Origin: Takakia lepidozioides
Taxonomy: Eukaryota > Plantae > Bryophyta
DNA: 64,000 nt
Reading direction: 5' to 3'
Assembly: GCA_030704615.1 (NCBI GenBank)
Contig: CM060734.1
Span: 38,812,001 to 38,876,000 of the forward strand
Under the pieces are notes generated by a model. It was given only the letters and a program-made list of their open reading frames with translations. It did not search any database and was not told the DNA's origin. Shown in pieces: positions 50,471 through 64,000 of the stretch. Position 1 is the stretch's first letter. Every line of letters begins with the position of its first letter. The translations under genes were made by a program, and so were the position numbers.

Positions 50471-51666
50471 GGGAATTCCAAAAAGGCCTTGATGTGAAAT
50501 GCATCGCAATTCACTTGATCACCCCCTAAAAGTGCGCAATTCAATTGAATTGCAGTCAACAATTCAATTGAATCGTCAACTCGCAATTCAATTGAATCGC
50601 TAGTTGGCAATTCAATTGAATTGCTGACTGCAATTCAATTGAATTGTAATCTATAATTTTTAACTTATTTCTGTATATAATATATATGTATATATTTAAA
50701 TTATACATATATACATACATAGGTATAAGCTAAAAATACATGTTGCCCGTCTATTCTTGCTGTCCGTCTGTCAATCCTTTGCCCGTGGTAAGGCTTGAGC
50801 CCAAGATAAGCCTAAGGGAGAGCGAGAGAGGGAGAGAGAGAGAGGGGAAGTCACGAAGCGCTTGTAAAAGCGGGATTGTCTCTCTTTGTGGATGTTGGTG
50901 CCAATATATTGCTATGTACATATACCAAACATGATACCAATGTAAGAGTATCAACGTGTAAGAGTTTGATATATTAAACTTATATAGAACACACATCCCA
51001 ACTTCAACATGATACCTTTGTAAGGGTATCGAAATTTTTGATAATTCTCAAGATGAACATATTTTTTGTTTTCTCTGTCCTGGGCCAGATACTAGTGTTA
51101 GGGGACTACATGGTGATGCAGGGGAAGCCTTTCATCAATTGTCAGGTTTGATTTTGTCTGTTTTTTTCGGAGCCAGCCATGTTTCTTTTGCCAGTGAATC
51201 ACAGGAAGCTGCTGATCTGTCTCCATCTCTGGCTCTCCCTTTCTTGCTGAGGCTGAGGGTGGTTTCACAACTCCACAATTTCCTCAAGGGCACAAGAAAG
51301 AGGGCCAGCAAGAATAGACGGGCAACATGTATTTTTAGCTTATACTCTTATATGTGTATAAATATAATTTGAATATATACATGTACATATATATTATATA
51401 TTATATACAAAAATAAGTTAAAAAATTATAGATTACAATTCAATTCAATTGTAGTCAGCAATTCAATTGAATTGCGAGTTGACAATTCAAATAATTGAAT
51501 TGCCAATTCGCAATTCAATTGAATCGTGTGCCTGACAATTCAATTGAATTGCAAATTAGGATTAGTTCAATTGAATTGCCCTTGCAATACAATTGAATTG
51601 CGCACTTTTAGGGGGTGATCAAGTGGATTGCTATGCATTTCACATCAAGGCCTTTTTGGAATTCCC
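50471..51666. mobile_element. ~1.2-kb non-autonomous element with ~300-360 bp inverted ends (GGGAATTCC...GGAATTCCC) flanked by TTA
   Basis: TTA|GGGAATTCCAAAAAGGCC at 50471 and GGCCTTTTTGGAATTCCC|TTA at 51666. Many CAATTCAATTGAATTG palindromes. The interior carries the 33.7-kb repeat. Confidence 0.6.
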
Positions 51667-52149
51667 TTACCCACCCCCCCCCCCCCCCCCCCGGGCCTAG
51701 AGACTTCCCGCCGATTAGTGCATTGTGCTGCCACCTGTCCAGTCAACTCGCCAAATGCAAACCACCTCTGGAGTGGATGTGGGTTCGATCCACCGATTGA
51801 TGTCAAAATGAATTAGTTTGGAAGTTGATGAGCACGAGAGAGGGTCCGGATAGGTAATTGAATATGCGGGTAACATCGACAGACGCAGTAGTCGAGGGGC
51901 CGGCAACGTGAGTATAATAAACGCAAGACTGCGACGTTGATACTTGTTGTCCATAAAGTAAAATGGAGGTCATCGTCAGCGGGGCTGCTGATCCCTCTGT
52001 ATAAGTCGCGCGGTGTGTGCAGTCGGTATTGGTGTGCGAGTTGCGGTTTGTCACTGGACAAGTTCAAGTTTGTTGCTGTGTGTGGACTGAGAGACGGAAC
52101 AAGAGGATCTAGCAGTGGATGTGTGTATTCGTTCGCGGGTGAGCTAGAT

Positions 52150-55100
52150 ATGTCGACGACCTCAGGAAACGGGCCGGCTCTCCACACTCGCGCGGTCACG
52201 TATTGGTTAGAGCTGATCATAGCTCTTGCAGCAATGGGTGTGGCTCTAGCAGGCTGGCTGTTGCGGTACCGCTGGGTGCAACGAGGTGTAGTGGGGCCCA
52301 AAGCCTGGCCTCTAATCGGTGCATTGCCAGAAATTGTCAAGAACTGGGACCGTCTGCAGGATTGGTTAACGCACTATCTTCACAGGACGCGGGTCCTGCG
52401 CATCCCTCTGGGCTTTTCAAAGGAGGGATTGTTCATTGCGGATCCTGTCTGTGTGGAGTATCTTCTGAAGACCAACTTCTCCAATTATCCCAAGGTACCC
52501 CGGAGTCTAATTCTGTTTGTACTGGGTTTTCAAAGTTGTGCTAATTGGTAAGTTCCAGTCTCTTCTCCGCTTATACTGGTCAGGCTTGTCATTGAGAACC
52601 TAGCTCTAGGGAAGTAATTTAAACTTGTACACGTGTATAACTTCGTCAATCCTTGCGAAGATGCACGAAAATTGCATATGTCGAGCGATCCGGTAATGGT
52701 GATCTGAGGAATTGGCGAAACAGCTTATAGTCTGATTTCAAATAGACAGGACACCACTGCCACCGCATACGTAGAAGAAAGTCTTGAGCACTAGTGAATC
52801 GAGATGTTTCACTCTCTTCATTTAATATCGTGGAGATCACAACCCGCATGCCTGAGTTTGTGAACTGAAGATTGGCAAAAGTTCGACATCTCTGAGTGGT
52901 CTCTCATGAAACCGCTTTTTACATTGATCAGGGTCCTATCAATGCTGAGAACCACCAGGAGCTACTTGGAGACGGGATTTTCAATGTGGATGGGCTAAAA
53001 TGGAAGGAGCAGCGCCGTGCGGCTGGTTCTGAGTTTACATCATCAGTGCTGCGTGAATTTAGTTTACATGTATTTAGAGAATATGCTCTTAAGCTAGTCG
53101 TTATTTTGGCTCAGAATGCTCACTCATCCGAGCCGGTTGACCTCCAGGTACTTTCAAGGTTACGTGCCTCCACTATCCCCCTCTCCACATTTGAAGGTAA
53201 ACTGGATCCTGTTCTTCTTGAGATCAAGCAACGCCACTTCCTGTTTGTTTAATTCTAGCCTCTAGGGAATCCTGGACACTCTTTATCTGACAGACACCTC
53301 TTGAAAGGCTCTCACCAATATCTCATATCTCACAGGCTTAATAAGTTTGTGATCGTTTCCCTCTCTAGACATGTATCTTTGAGCACAGTAACGTTCGAAC
53401 TCTTGGGCAGGATCTCATGATGCGGATGACGCTTGACACAACCTGCCAAGTGGGCTTTGGAGTACAATTGAGTTGCCTATCGCCATCCCTGCCACAGAAT
53501 CCATTCGCCGTCTCCTTTGAGAATGCCAATGCCATTTCTTTCTCTCGTTTTGTGGACCCCTTATGGAAAGTGAAGCGCTTGCTCTCCGTGGGGAAGGAGA
53601 GAGAGCTTAAACACCATATACGAGGGTTGGACACCTTCACGTACAACGTCATCCGACAACGGAGGGAAGAATTGGCTGTAGCTGAAGTTATGGGAAGACC
53701 GAAGGTATTAACACTAAGAATATATGCGAAATACCTGAATGACAAATTTGTCCGTGCACTCCTCGTCCGGTTCTTCACGTTTGGACATGAATTTAGTCGA
53801 GAATGATCGAGAGTTAATTTACGTCCCAGCTCTCTCCCTGTTTCTCTCTCTACCATGTGCCTTTTTCTAGGCAGTGTGTAGGCTGGCAATGTCACATCTC
53901 TGGCCAAAATGCCAGGGACTACTACAGCTGGTAGTGGTTCAGGATTGTAGTTTCTAGCATGAGGTTGGTGCGGATGGGGTGAAGATGTATCTTAGTCGGG
54001 AGGAAAGTTTTGCGAATCTAAAATATCAGCACTAATGACATTGATCAGAGGTCGTCTTTTTGGAGCATGATCGCAGACACACAAACTGGACCTCCTGTCG
54101 AGGTTTATGACGTTGAGTAGCGAGGGGAAGGAGAATCTCACAGACAGATATCTCCGCGACATCATTCTGAATTTTATAGTCGCCGGCCGAGACACCACAG
54201 CCATCACTCTTAGCTGGTTTTTCTATCTGCTCTCTCTTCATCCAATGGTAGCTGAGAGGGCGTTTGAAGAGGTCTCCCTTATCGAACACCACAACTCACT
54301 CTCCCTCACAGACGACAAAACAGAAATGGCAAGTGAATTGTGGGAGGACAAGGAGCGTTTTGCGGCGTTCGCGGAGAATTTAACGTATGAGAGTTTAGGG
54401 AAGCTGAACTACTTACAGGCTGCCTTGGCGGAGACTTTACGGCTCTATCCACCAGTGCCCCTGGTAGTTAAGCCTAGACCATATGTCTCTGCTGCCTTGC
54501 TGCCATATGTGTGTGTGTGTAGTGAGGCTAGCTGGTTGTTGTGAGTAATTCCCTGTGCACGTATGTTTGCTGAGTCCCCAAATCTCTTTTAGCACTCACG
54601 GGAGGTGTTCGTTTTCAGACTTCTGTTGCCAGAGGCCTCACTCCTGATCATGTGAACGAAAAGGGCCCTCTGCTGGCGTGCTCTTTTTGCATACCATAGA
54701 TGTGCAAGAGTTTTCAATTTACCCAAGAGAAGAGAGAGAAGAAAGAGAATAGAAAGACAGGATTCCTAGCAACTTGCCAGCCCAGAAAAACACCTCTGGA
54801 TAGTATGCTGAAACAGAAGTACATATGTGTGAACAGGACGCCAAGTATGCTGTAGCAGATGATACCCTACCAGATGGCACAAGAGTGAACAAAGGGAGTA
54901 TTGTGGCGTTTTGTCCCTATGCGATGGGCCGCATGGAGTACATTTGGGGACCCAATGCTCTTGAATTCAAGCCTGAGCGTTGGCTCAAGCACGGTGTCTT
55001 CCAGCTCCAATCCCCTTTCAAGTTCACAGCATTTCAGGTGAGTGAAGCCCGAGTGAAGTAGTCTCTGGGTTAGCCGTATGTTGTGAGATTGATATTAGTA

Positions 55101-56039
55101 GAGCTCCCAAGTTGCCCCCCTCTTTGCTCAAGCCATTATTTGGTGGGGGCGACCCCATCTTCAGAGAAGTGACCAATTGGATAAGCCCTGCAAACAAGGG
55201 CCCAATGAAGAAGTACAGCTCTTGTAAGGGTTACAGTGGATGGATTCAATCACAAATTTAGGAGGATGTGTCCAGATTGATTGAAATCATGGGAAACCTC
55301 ACAACAAACCTTTCCAAACAAATCCAAAGAGGTGACAGAAGTCCAGAAAATGCAGTTCTGGACCCCACTTTTCAGATCACTACAATGGAAGTATATGAAG
55401 CTCGTCCAAAAACTCTGAAACATTAGAAGGTGATGAACAGGATGAGGGATGTTCGTGTGAAAATTGTACTCAATCTGCTAAGCCATTTAGGAACTTCGAT
55501 AAGATTTGTGATGTTATCTATTTTGCAGAGGTTGCAGAAACTTTTCATCATGCTCACAAAAATCTTATAAGATTCTTCTTTCAACCAAAAATGGCATGAA
55601 AGTTTAGGGGATGTAGAGAGGAAGTTGATTCAATTCTGAAATTATATAAATATCTCATGCTTCTGAGTTATAGATGAAAAAGTGCCCAGACGTGGAGATT
55701 TTGCGTCGAGGGATTAAAAAAAGGGTAGGGGTTAATCTCCCTACCTCCATTGTAACAATCTCATGACTCTCCTTATCCCTTTGGAACACATACACTGCTC
55801 AAACAAGCCACTGCCAGGAGTTAATAAAGCAAAGTTTTTGACCCCTTTGGCTGCAGGCTGGACCACGGATATGTCTAGGGAAGGATTCAGCCTACTTACA
55901 AATGAAGATTACTGCAGCCCTGCTGCTCCGCTTCTTTCAGTTTCAGTTGCTACCAGGGCACCCTGTGCTCTACCGGACAATGGTCATTCTCACGATGATG
56001 CATGGCCTGAAAGTCACCGTTAGCGAGCGGACCTTCTAA
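52150..56039 (+). CDS. CYP704B: Cytochrome P450, CYP704B-like fatty-acid omega-hydroxylase (6 exons)
   Basis: Exons 52150-52494, 52932-53147, 53411-53704, 54077-54463, 54837-55037 and 55857-56039, all GT-AG and in frame. Motifs AGRDTT, ETLRLYPPVP, PERW and FQ|AGPRICLGKDSAYLQMK. Confidence 0.9.
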
Positions 56040-56930
56040 ATGGGAGGATAAGTACAGAAGCATGCTCACTGCTCGAGTGCAGGGAAGTGTGTGGACTTCC
56101 AAACAGGAGCTCAAGTTGTGTCAGCTAAACTTCATTGATTTGATGCATGACTCTGCACTAGACATGTGAGAGGGGTGGGACAGGTGAACTGGCAAGCATT
56201 CTGTGTCTAGGCATGACACATTCCACAAGTTTATAATCAGAATTATGGCAAACATGTACGTAATGTACAGGAATCGTGATAAGCAGTCGCTTGTATGATT
56301 TAGCTAGCATTTCAAGCCAACAAGTTAGTTCGCATTCCAGTTTCAAAACCTGAAATTTATGGCCCAATACAAATAAAAATTCTTCTCAGAAATGTTCAGA
56401 TCAACCAACGGGGAGAACCGGCATCTAGTTACATGCTAGCCGACTGATTTGGAGGATTTCCGAGTGAAAATTGAAACCTTCGGAAATTTACCGAGTATGT
56501 TCACATAGGAAATTGACTATTGCAGTTACCATTAAGGGGAAGCAACCGACTCCCCAACCCACTTAGCCGGTTGGTTCTCAGAACGAGGGGCCATTGGCTG
56601 GTTCAACTGAAATTATTTTCCGGACGCTGGTTCAGATCTTACAGTGGAGCTGGTAGGCATGACTGGTTACTCCTTCAAATTTCAACTTCTCTACAATTTT
56701 TCCACCTCCGTCATTCCTTTTAAAAACAATCACATTCCTGTTGTAACAAGCTACCTTATTTTACAGCAAACTTCCATGTCTTGGTTTGGTATGATCGGCG
56801 TCCAAGGGACATGCCTGGAACAAGCTTGACAATGGCTCACTGTTAAAAAGTGTTACAGGTTCCTTGTAAGAGCATGAGAGCTGTTCCATACTGGAAGTGG
56901 CAACTGAGGCATGTTCTCTCTGTCCCCCAC

Positions 56931-59900
56931 TCATGTTGAGAGAAATTGTGGCTTGTCACGAACACTAACTGTAACTTGAAGTCCATGGAGCATGGTCAGC
57001 ACAAGCATGACACGGTAGGTCACCGGATGCCCTGGTACCAGATGGAACCTAAAGAAACGCAGCACGAGGGCAGCTGTCAGCTTCATTTGCAAGTAGGCTG
57101 AGTCCTTGCCAAGACACATCCTTGGTCCAGCCTGCAACAACACTCTGATGAATGGTTACCTCACCAGCAGTCATGTCCCCAACAGTGGGTGAGAGAGAAG
57201 CAGAAGATATTCTTTCTTTGATCCGTGCAATCTAAACCCTGCACCAGCAGGCTCTCTATCAAGGATCACACATAGGTGTGAACCATCGTTTGCTGCTGCT
57301 CCATTTTCCAAGAGTCCTCACTTCGTCTTTTCCAAAGGAAATACCAATCTCCTCTCTCCCCAACAATACCACCATCCCCACCAAAAGGCAGAGGCTGCTC
57401 TTTTGCTACCTCATTTACGGAAAGGAGACAGATGTACTGATTTGGCCAGCGCCCTATAGGGATAAACCTTCCCACAATTTCACAGAGAGGGTAATTCTCT
57501 ACTGTGCCTTTACACGGATGCTATGGCTTCATGGCTCTTTTCTTACTCGGTCATGCCTCGGCATGGATAGGTAGCTCTTTCAAGGCGGGTGGGAGTGAGG
57601 CGGGCATCCTTTGAAGTGAGGAGAGAAAACGCATGGAAAAACCTAGAGAAAACAGCTGTAGTCAAGCCCACGTGTCATCACTCTCATACAATACTCACTT
57701 GAAATGCCGTAAATTTGAAAGGGGACTCAGCCTGATAAACCCCATTCTTGAGCCAGCGCTCTGGCTTGAATTCAAGTGCGTCAGGCCCCCATATATGCTC
57801 CATGCGGCCCATCGCATATGGAACATAACCCACTTGGAATCTCTTCTTCACCTTGGTGCCATCAGGCAACACATCGTCTGCTTCAGCATGTTTTCCGTCC
57901 TGTTCGTACATATTCATGAAATATGAGTCTGCAGTTGTTTGAGGTTTTTGCAGCCATTCAATGGGACAGTCACAATATGACACTCTGTTACCATCTCATC
58001 CTGTTGAAATGCTCTTTGAATGTCCCCCTTCATAGTACATGGAGTTTTCGAATTATGACGTGTACTTATATTAAATGGGAAAACAAGAGAGCAATAGACT
58101 CCTTGCTGAGTATGAGTGGAGTTAGACAAAGGTTGGGTTCAGGAGGACTTCAGTTAAGGATTGCAGAAAAAGTTTTGGGCAGCCCCCAACACTTTATTGT
58201 GCTTCAGATACAACTAGCTGTAATTAAGATCTTTCATATTTTTGGCCCATTCAGAGAGAGATTTCTGCCTATGATTACGGAAACCTGCTGGAACCAACTC
58301 CAGAGGGAGTTTCACCACAGGGTCCACAGAAATAAGCAAACAGCAACCCTAAACAAACAAAGACAAGTTTATAGCATCTACATGTGAATGTATATTAATA
58401 ACTGATCCACCCAGAGAACTACACAGCATGCAAAGGAAGAGAAGGATACCAACCAAAGGTACAGGTGGATAAAGTCGCAACGTCTCTGACAAAGCTGCCT
58501 GCAAATAAGTCATCTTCCCTAAGGTCTCATATGTCAAAAGCTCGGCGAAAGCTGTAAACTGTGCATTCTCTGCCAGCCCTATATGGTCCTCCTCAGCAGT
58601 ATTCACTTCAAGCACAGTTACAACAATAATGTGTCAACAACCATAGGAAATATTGAGACATGCATTGGAACTGCATGTGTGCAGAAACGGTTCAATGTGC
58701 CAAGAGATGAAAATTTGAAGACCCCTGCAAGCCAAAGGGCAGAATAGCTCCATCAAAGCCCCACTATTTTGCATCCGATGCAGCAAAACATATCAGGTTT
58801 CAGACACTGCTTTTGTGGCATGACTTTTCAAAAGCCAGTCCAAAGTTCACAGATATATTTCAAAGTAGACTAAAAGTGATGCAGTTATATACCTTTGGTG
58901 AATTGTTGGTCAATGAGGGAGACCTCTTCAAACACCTTCTCTGCGACCTCTGGGTGACAGGAGAGCATGTAGAAAAACCAGCTCAGAGTGATGGCTGTTG
59001 TATCTCGTCCCGCAATTATGAAGTTCAATATAATGTCACGGAGGGCTTTGTCTGTAAACCGCTCATCACCTTGGTTGCTCAATTTCATGAATCTTGACAA
59101 TAAGTCTTGTCTTACTGACTGAAACATTTCATACCTGCTCAAAGTTAAATTCCACAAAATACATGATGGTTTGACCGTTGAACTTTAAACAACAATGGAA
59201 ATGCATTTGAGAGAAAGAGAATGCTCCAACCTGCCATGCTAACCTGTCAATTCCTCTCTTACCTATAACTCTTGAGGCTGAGCCTACGGCCCTGGCCCTG
59301 TTGGGGTCTAACTTTTGGGCTGCTCACACACAGCACATTGATGCTTTCGTGAACGACTTTCTAGAAGAAATCTGGAAAGCCCGAATTACTTATTTATACT
59401 TTATACCAAGGTAAGTCACACTACTGGAGTGAGCCCCTCACAAGGTAGTAGCTAGTGCCTATGTTTCTGGCCAAACTGGGCACGGGGTCTATGGCCACTA
59501 GGCTACAACAAACAAAGTCTTATGAGTACATTCTCTTACCTATAACCTCCTAAATGCTGTAATCAATAGATTCTTGTGACCAATGCAGCAGAGAGATCCA
59601 TACCTTGGGATATTCTGACAACTCATTTTTTGTCATTTCAATCCTTCTTTCCTGAATGACTGTGTACGTAAAGCTGTCCAGCACTTGTATACACCGTTTC
59701 AGCTCCCTCTCTTTTCCAACTGAAAGAAAACGTTTCAGTTTCCACAAGGGGTCCACATAGCGATGGAAAGAGATGAAGTTGGCATCATCAAAGCACCTTG
59801 AAAATGGTATGTGGGGCAATGAAGGCGACAGGCACCCAAGCTCCACCCCAAAACCCACCTTGCAGGTTGTGTCGAGCGTCATCCGCATGCACAGATCCTG

Positions 59901-61105
59901 CCCCCCTCCTCTCCATCCCGTCACTTCAGAACGTTTCTAAAGCAACTGAAATGTTGAAAGTTATGAAAGCAGCACTTGATACAATGCCCAGTTCCGTATC
60001 CCAACTGCTAAGGTTCCTATTCCTTCGAAATACACATCTTCCCCTATGCCAAGTTCAACTAACAGAACCTTTCTTTCATCCACTTTGTCCCATAAGCTCT
60101 CTGAGCTTTCCGCGGACCTTATAAAGTACCATTTCATATCATTTCATCTCAATGATCCAAACAGTGCTACCAAAACTGTACAGGGAACATGTGAGAAAGA
60201 CAGGGTAAATAGGGGTTCTTTTGTGAAGGATGTGAAGAATGCTCATACCTGCAAATCAAAAGGCTGAGAGCATTCGGCCTTTACAGCCAGAATTTGAACC
60301 ATTTTCAGGGCGTACTCTCTAAAGACATCACAACTGAAGTCCCGGAGTACTGATGATGCAAACTCAAAGCTAGCCACTTTGCGCTGTTGCTTCCATTTCT
60401 CGCCGTCCACGTTAAATATGCCATCTCCAAAGAGATCTTGCATCACGCTGTTATTATAGGGCCCCTTCATGCATGTACAAGCAAAGAAGACCTCACTGAT
60501 ATGCGAATTTCAGAACGATTGAAACACCATAACAGCAAAGCTCATGAATGCATGTGTCAAGGGGTTTACAGTTACCCAAGACCACTGTTTTGTGTGTTAT
60601 TGGATTCATGTATTTACAACCCATGTTGAAGCGTGACATTGGAACCGTGAGCCGTTACAGTGCCAATCAAAGCAAACGGAGAGAGAAGAAAATGGTCGCC
60701 ACACTGTCACTCAATTGAGGGCTTGTTGAACCTCTGCACGTCAACCAGCCCTTCTTCCATTTGCACCTTTGTCATAGTTATCGTAATCATCTTGGGGAAG
60801 ACGGAAAGTACCTTGGGATAGTTGGCAAATTTGGTTTTTAGTAGATATTCCACGCATGCAGGCTCCACAACGTACACGCCATAAACAGAGAACCCGAAGG
60901 CGAGCTTAACAGTACTCTTCGTCTTGAGAAAATAGGCAGTCAGCCAATCTTGCAGGATGTCCCAATTGCCAATTAGCTCTGGTAAGGCACCTATTACAGG
61001 CCACTCTTTTGGTCCTGGAGCTCCTCGTTGCCTCTGGCGATACCACCATAGCCAGGTCGCTAGAGCCGCAGCTGCTATTGCAAAGGTTCCTAAGAGCACA
61101 TCCAT
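56931..61105 (-). CDS. CYP704B: Cytochrome P450, CYP704B-like paralogue (7 exons)
   Basis: Exons approx. 61105-60812, 60464-60249, ~59897-59604, ~59118-58893, 58605-58454, ~57899-57699 and ~57131-56931. Motifs AGRDTT, ETLRLYPPVP, PERW and AGPRMCLGKDSAYLQMK. Confidence 0.9.
59270..59531 (+). mobile_element. 5'-truncated copy of the 34-38.8 kb LINE family, inside a CYP intron
   Basis: Homologous to ~38553-38807 and ends GTCTTATGAGTACA. 15-bp TSD TCTCTTACCTATAAC at 59255-59269 and 59532-59546. Confidence 0.92.
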
Positions 61106-63445
61106 GGAGGGAATCGTGTAATTCTGGAAAGGCCAACCTCCAGAAGAGAAACAAGAGAGATCAGTGCTTCTTCACACATGAGACAAGTACAAAAGCAGCT
61201 CCATGTATGCTCTAGTATGCGATCAGCTGGATGTTGCCCAGATCCAGCTTCTCTGCAACGAGCACGAGCTTACAGCACTAGGAAGTCATCGTCCACGTTC
61301 CAACAACAACAACACTGTGACTCTGGTAGGTAGTCGTAAGTACTGCTTGAGTCTGAGGAAAACACACGCCACGCTATACTTCCTCACTACACGGGAAACA
61401 CACTAAGCGTGCGATCTGACGGATTCCTGCACCGTCGGCTGATCCGGCAGGCCCCTGTTAAATCCTATCCCACTTACGGCGTGCCCTCATTTGCACGGAA
61501 CTGGACCGGGCCCGCCCGTCTAGTTACGCAAAGTGACCGGGTCAACCAACCGTGAGGGTCCACTAAGCCACAAATGGGTCCCTCATGTGTGGTGGGGTTC
61601 CGTGAAGGGACTGCACATTCCCAGACGTGGCGCCCGATTGACACCTTTTTCCCGGACGGCCTTCCAGTGCAGGTAAGTACAGCCTTCCAGTGTGGGCAAT
61701 CTGCGAAATTCAACCACAGTGGATTCACACCGCCCACGGTGGAGTCGGTCACAATATGAAGGGCAAAAATCAAATAAGGCCTTACGTGGTTCGAGGCCGC
61801 AGAGGTACTCGGAAGGCGCCCTCGGCGTGGCCTCGAACCACGTAATGGCCTTCGGCACTTTACCCTGCGTAAAGAAGCGAATACGTACGATGTCGCTACC
61901 TGGCGCAATTTGAGTGGCTTGAACTATCCCACCTGTGGAACAAGGGTTTTTGTAAGGATTTTGAAAAGGGGTACGAGTGGCTGTATTATTGGGTGTAGTG
62001 TAGTGCAAGTGGCCCACTCTAGGTAATTTTCCTGGAATTGATAGGCCGCATGTATTTCCACTCTTGTCATATTCTGCGAATCAAATGGATGTTGATGAGC
62101 AATAGAAGGCGAAGTATAGAAATAGTTGAAACTTGAAACCATAATAGGCGAATGGAACTCTTTGTGTGTGGACACCATAGAGGCTAATAGGTACAGATGA
62201 GGTGTATAGGTATCTACACTTAGGCAAGACAGACGACGACCATCTCCATGGGAACGGAGGAGGCCCCACAACCCTAAACCCACTCCTCATCTCGCATCTT
62301 GCATGGGCCGCCATGGCTGGTGGGTCCACGGGCGATGACCTTTTTGAGACCCCCAAGTTTTTGGCAAAAACTATCTTATTTGGACGTCTTTTTCCATTTG
62401 TTTCATTCGCCAAGGGCCCATTTGGCAAAGCGGCCAAATGGTGAAAAATCACCAATAAAAAAAAACTGTTGTGGAGGATATAGACCGGGTGAGCTTCAAG
62501 GGAATGGTGGGAAGGGTTATGGTGATTACATCATCCCAACTTTGACGGAGTACGTTATATTTGGAGGAGTACACTACACCCAAATATAATGTGCTCCCCA
62601 AAATATAAGGTACTTACCCTAAAATTTGTCCAGATAAGTGTGCTCAAACTACAAAGGAAAAAAATGATGAGGTTCTTTACGTATAATTAGGGGAAGACCC
62701 CAAGTGGAGGGCGTTCCTGATTTTGAGGGCCTTGAGTGATGGCACTAGCCCCAAGTTAAGGCCCAAAAATCAATGTAAAGATTCTCCCGCCTAAAAATTG
62801 GGAAATGGCCCATGCGGGACCTTAGAGGGATTCCCCCTATAAGGTCCAATGTCTAGAAGTTCTACTATGTATCCCAATTCATTTGGGGAGTTTGGGAAGG
62901 TCAAAAAACCGAATACGGTGCGAACAACTAATCGCTTGGGGTCTCGGGAGGCTTGGAGAGGAAGAGGAAGGAAGTGGGTCGACTGGACGTGGAAACCTGT
63001 ACTGTTAGGTGATTGGAGTGGCCAATGGGCTCGCAGGTAGGACTGCATGCAACGGGTGTTTTTTTATACGACATGGGGGCATAGAGAGGCGGTGGGGCCA
63101 AGACTATGTGCACAAGACATCTCTATGCCCTCCTTCTACTTCTAGACCTTTCCATAAGCATGATGAGGTGGTGGGCCCCTTTCTAGAAGCCTCCACCACC
63201 TCGGAAGAGTATATAAGGAGGGTAAGGGGTATACAATTTATTTGTGTTTCTTCCGCCTCCCTTTGGTGGACTCTGCAAGCAGGCCCCCTTAGAAAATTAA
63301 ATTTTGGAACCTAAACCATCTTGAAATGAATAAGACTATATGGGGATTTAGGGTACAATTTCTACAAGGGTCCCAAATTCTGGCGGGGGCTATTTCTGAA
63401 GGTCGAAAAAAGGGAGAGGATTGGAGCGGCCAATGGGAAGGAATT

Positions 63446-64000
63446 TGTCATGGTTTTAATCATGGTTAATTAGAATTACTTCTAGTTAATTATGACACTG
63501 TGATATTTATATTTATATTTTGTGTGTTGGTACTTCATTTGGTCTCATATCCCAAGCGAGGTGTCAAGCCTCATTTGGGACATGGGAATAGGTTTTCCCC
63601 TTGTGAGGGTCGAGGAGGCTCATCTTCTTGTAGTTGAGCTTCTATGAGCCTCTCCCACCTCCATAGCTCTAGGTATTGAGAGGGAGTGTGGTAAAGGCTT
63701 TGTAGGGTGGATTCATTTAGCAAAGGTGCCCTTGGCTTGACTTGGTTTATGTCATTGAGTGGATTCATGAGTGGAGTGTTTCCATTGTTTCGCACGATGC
63801 TTAGGTGGACGACAAATTAGGGCACCGGGTTGGAATGGGACATGGAATGTGAGGCCACTTGTAGAGGCTAGCATAGAAGTAGGAGGATGAGCCCTCTTTT
63901 TAGTTCTAGAGCTTTCTATAAGGAAGATGAGACGGTGGGCCCCACTCTAGAAGGCTCCATCAAGAGACAATAAATGAAGAGGTTGAGGGCGAAGCCTTAC
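63446..64000 (+). mobile_element. Start of an LTR related to the 10-14.5 kb element; 61.4-63.4 kb may be its internal 3' region
   Basis: TGTCATGGTTTT..tatttatattttgtgtgttggtacttcatttggt..gagcctctcccacctccatagctctag is homologous to the reverse complement of ~13900-14540. A purine-rich tract lies just upstream. Confidence 0.7.

Noticed and set aside
51675-51692. Poly-C tract / G-quadruplex
   Set aside because: A simple homopolymer of unreliable length with no evidence of function.
55110-55760. Repeat-like insertion in CYP intron 5
   Set aside because: It looks transposon-derived, but no termini, TSD or second copy were found in the window.
61410-63440. GC-richer segment with several 100-144 aa ORFs
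   Set aside because: No recognisable domain. It is probably the internal region of the adjacent LTR element, but this cannot be supported here.

Overview
Repeat-dense eukaryotic DNA with spliceosomal introns, most likely from a non-seed land plant (PLS-class PPR fragments, CYP704B-like genes; the lineage call is inference). The only clearly intact host genes are a convergent pair of CYP704B-like P450s (52.1-61.1 kb). The rest is a mosaic of transposons and gene fragments. (1) 1-10 kb: a Mutator-like element with a GCM-like/DDE/SWIM transposase, divergent from a spliced accessory gene encoding a ParB/Srx-like domain plus a prokaryote-type beta-class amino (N4/N6) DNA-methyltransferase-like domain. 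Two introns of that gene carry arrays of a conserved 22-bp palindrome, and this is the best candidate for an undescribed system. (2) 10-14.5 kb: a truncated LTR retrotransposon. (3) 18.9-22.4 kb: a Sola-like DDE transposase pseudogene. (4) 24.5-40 kb: fragments of host genes (cyanobacterial-type protein, PPR, ITPK, F-box, aldo-keto reductase) and a full-length APE-RT LINE with a 17-bp TSD. (5) 41-50.5 kb: an integrase-core DDE element carrying a HECT E3 ligase gene and ~100-bp palindromic arrays. (6) 63.4 kb onward: the start of an LTR. All domain calls come from motif recognition by eye; no searches were run.
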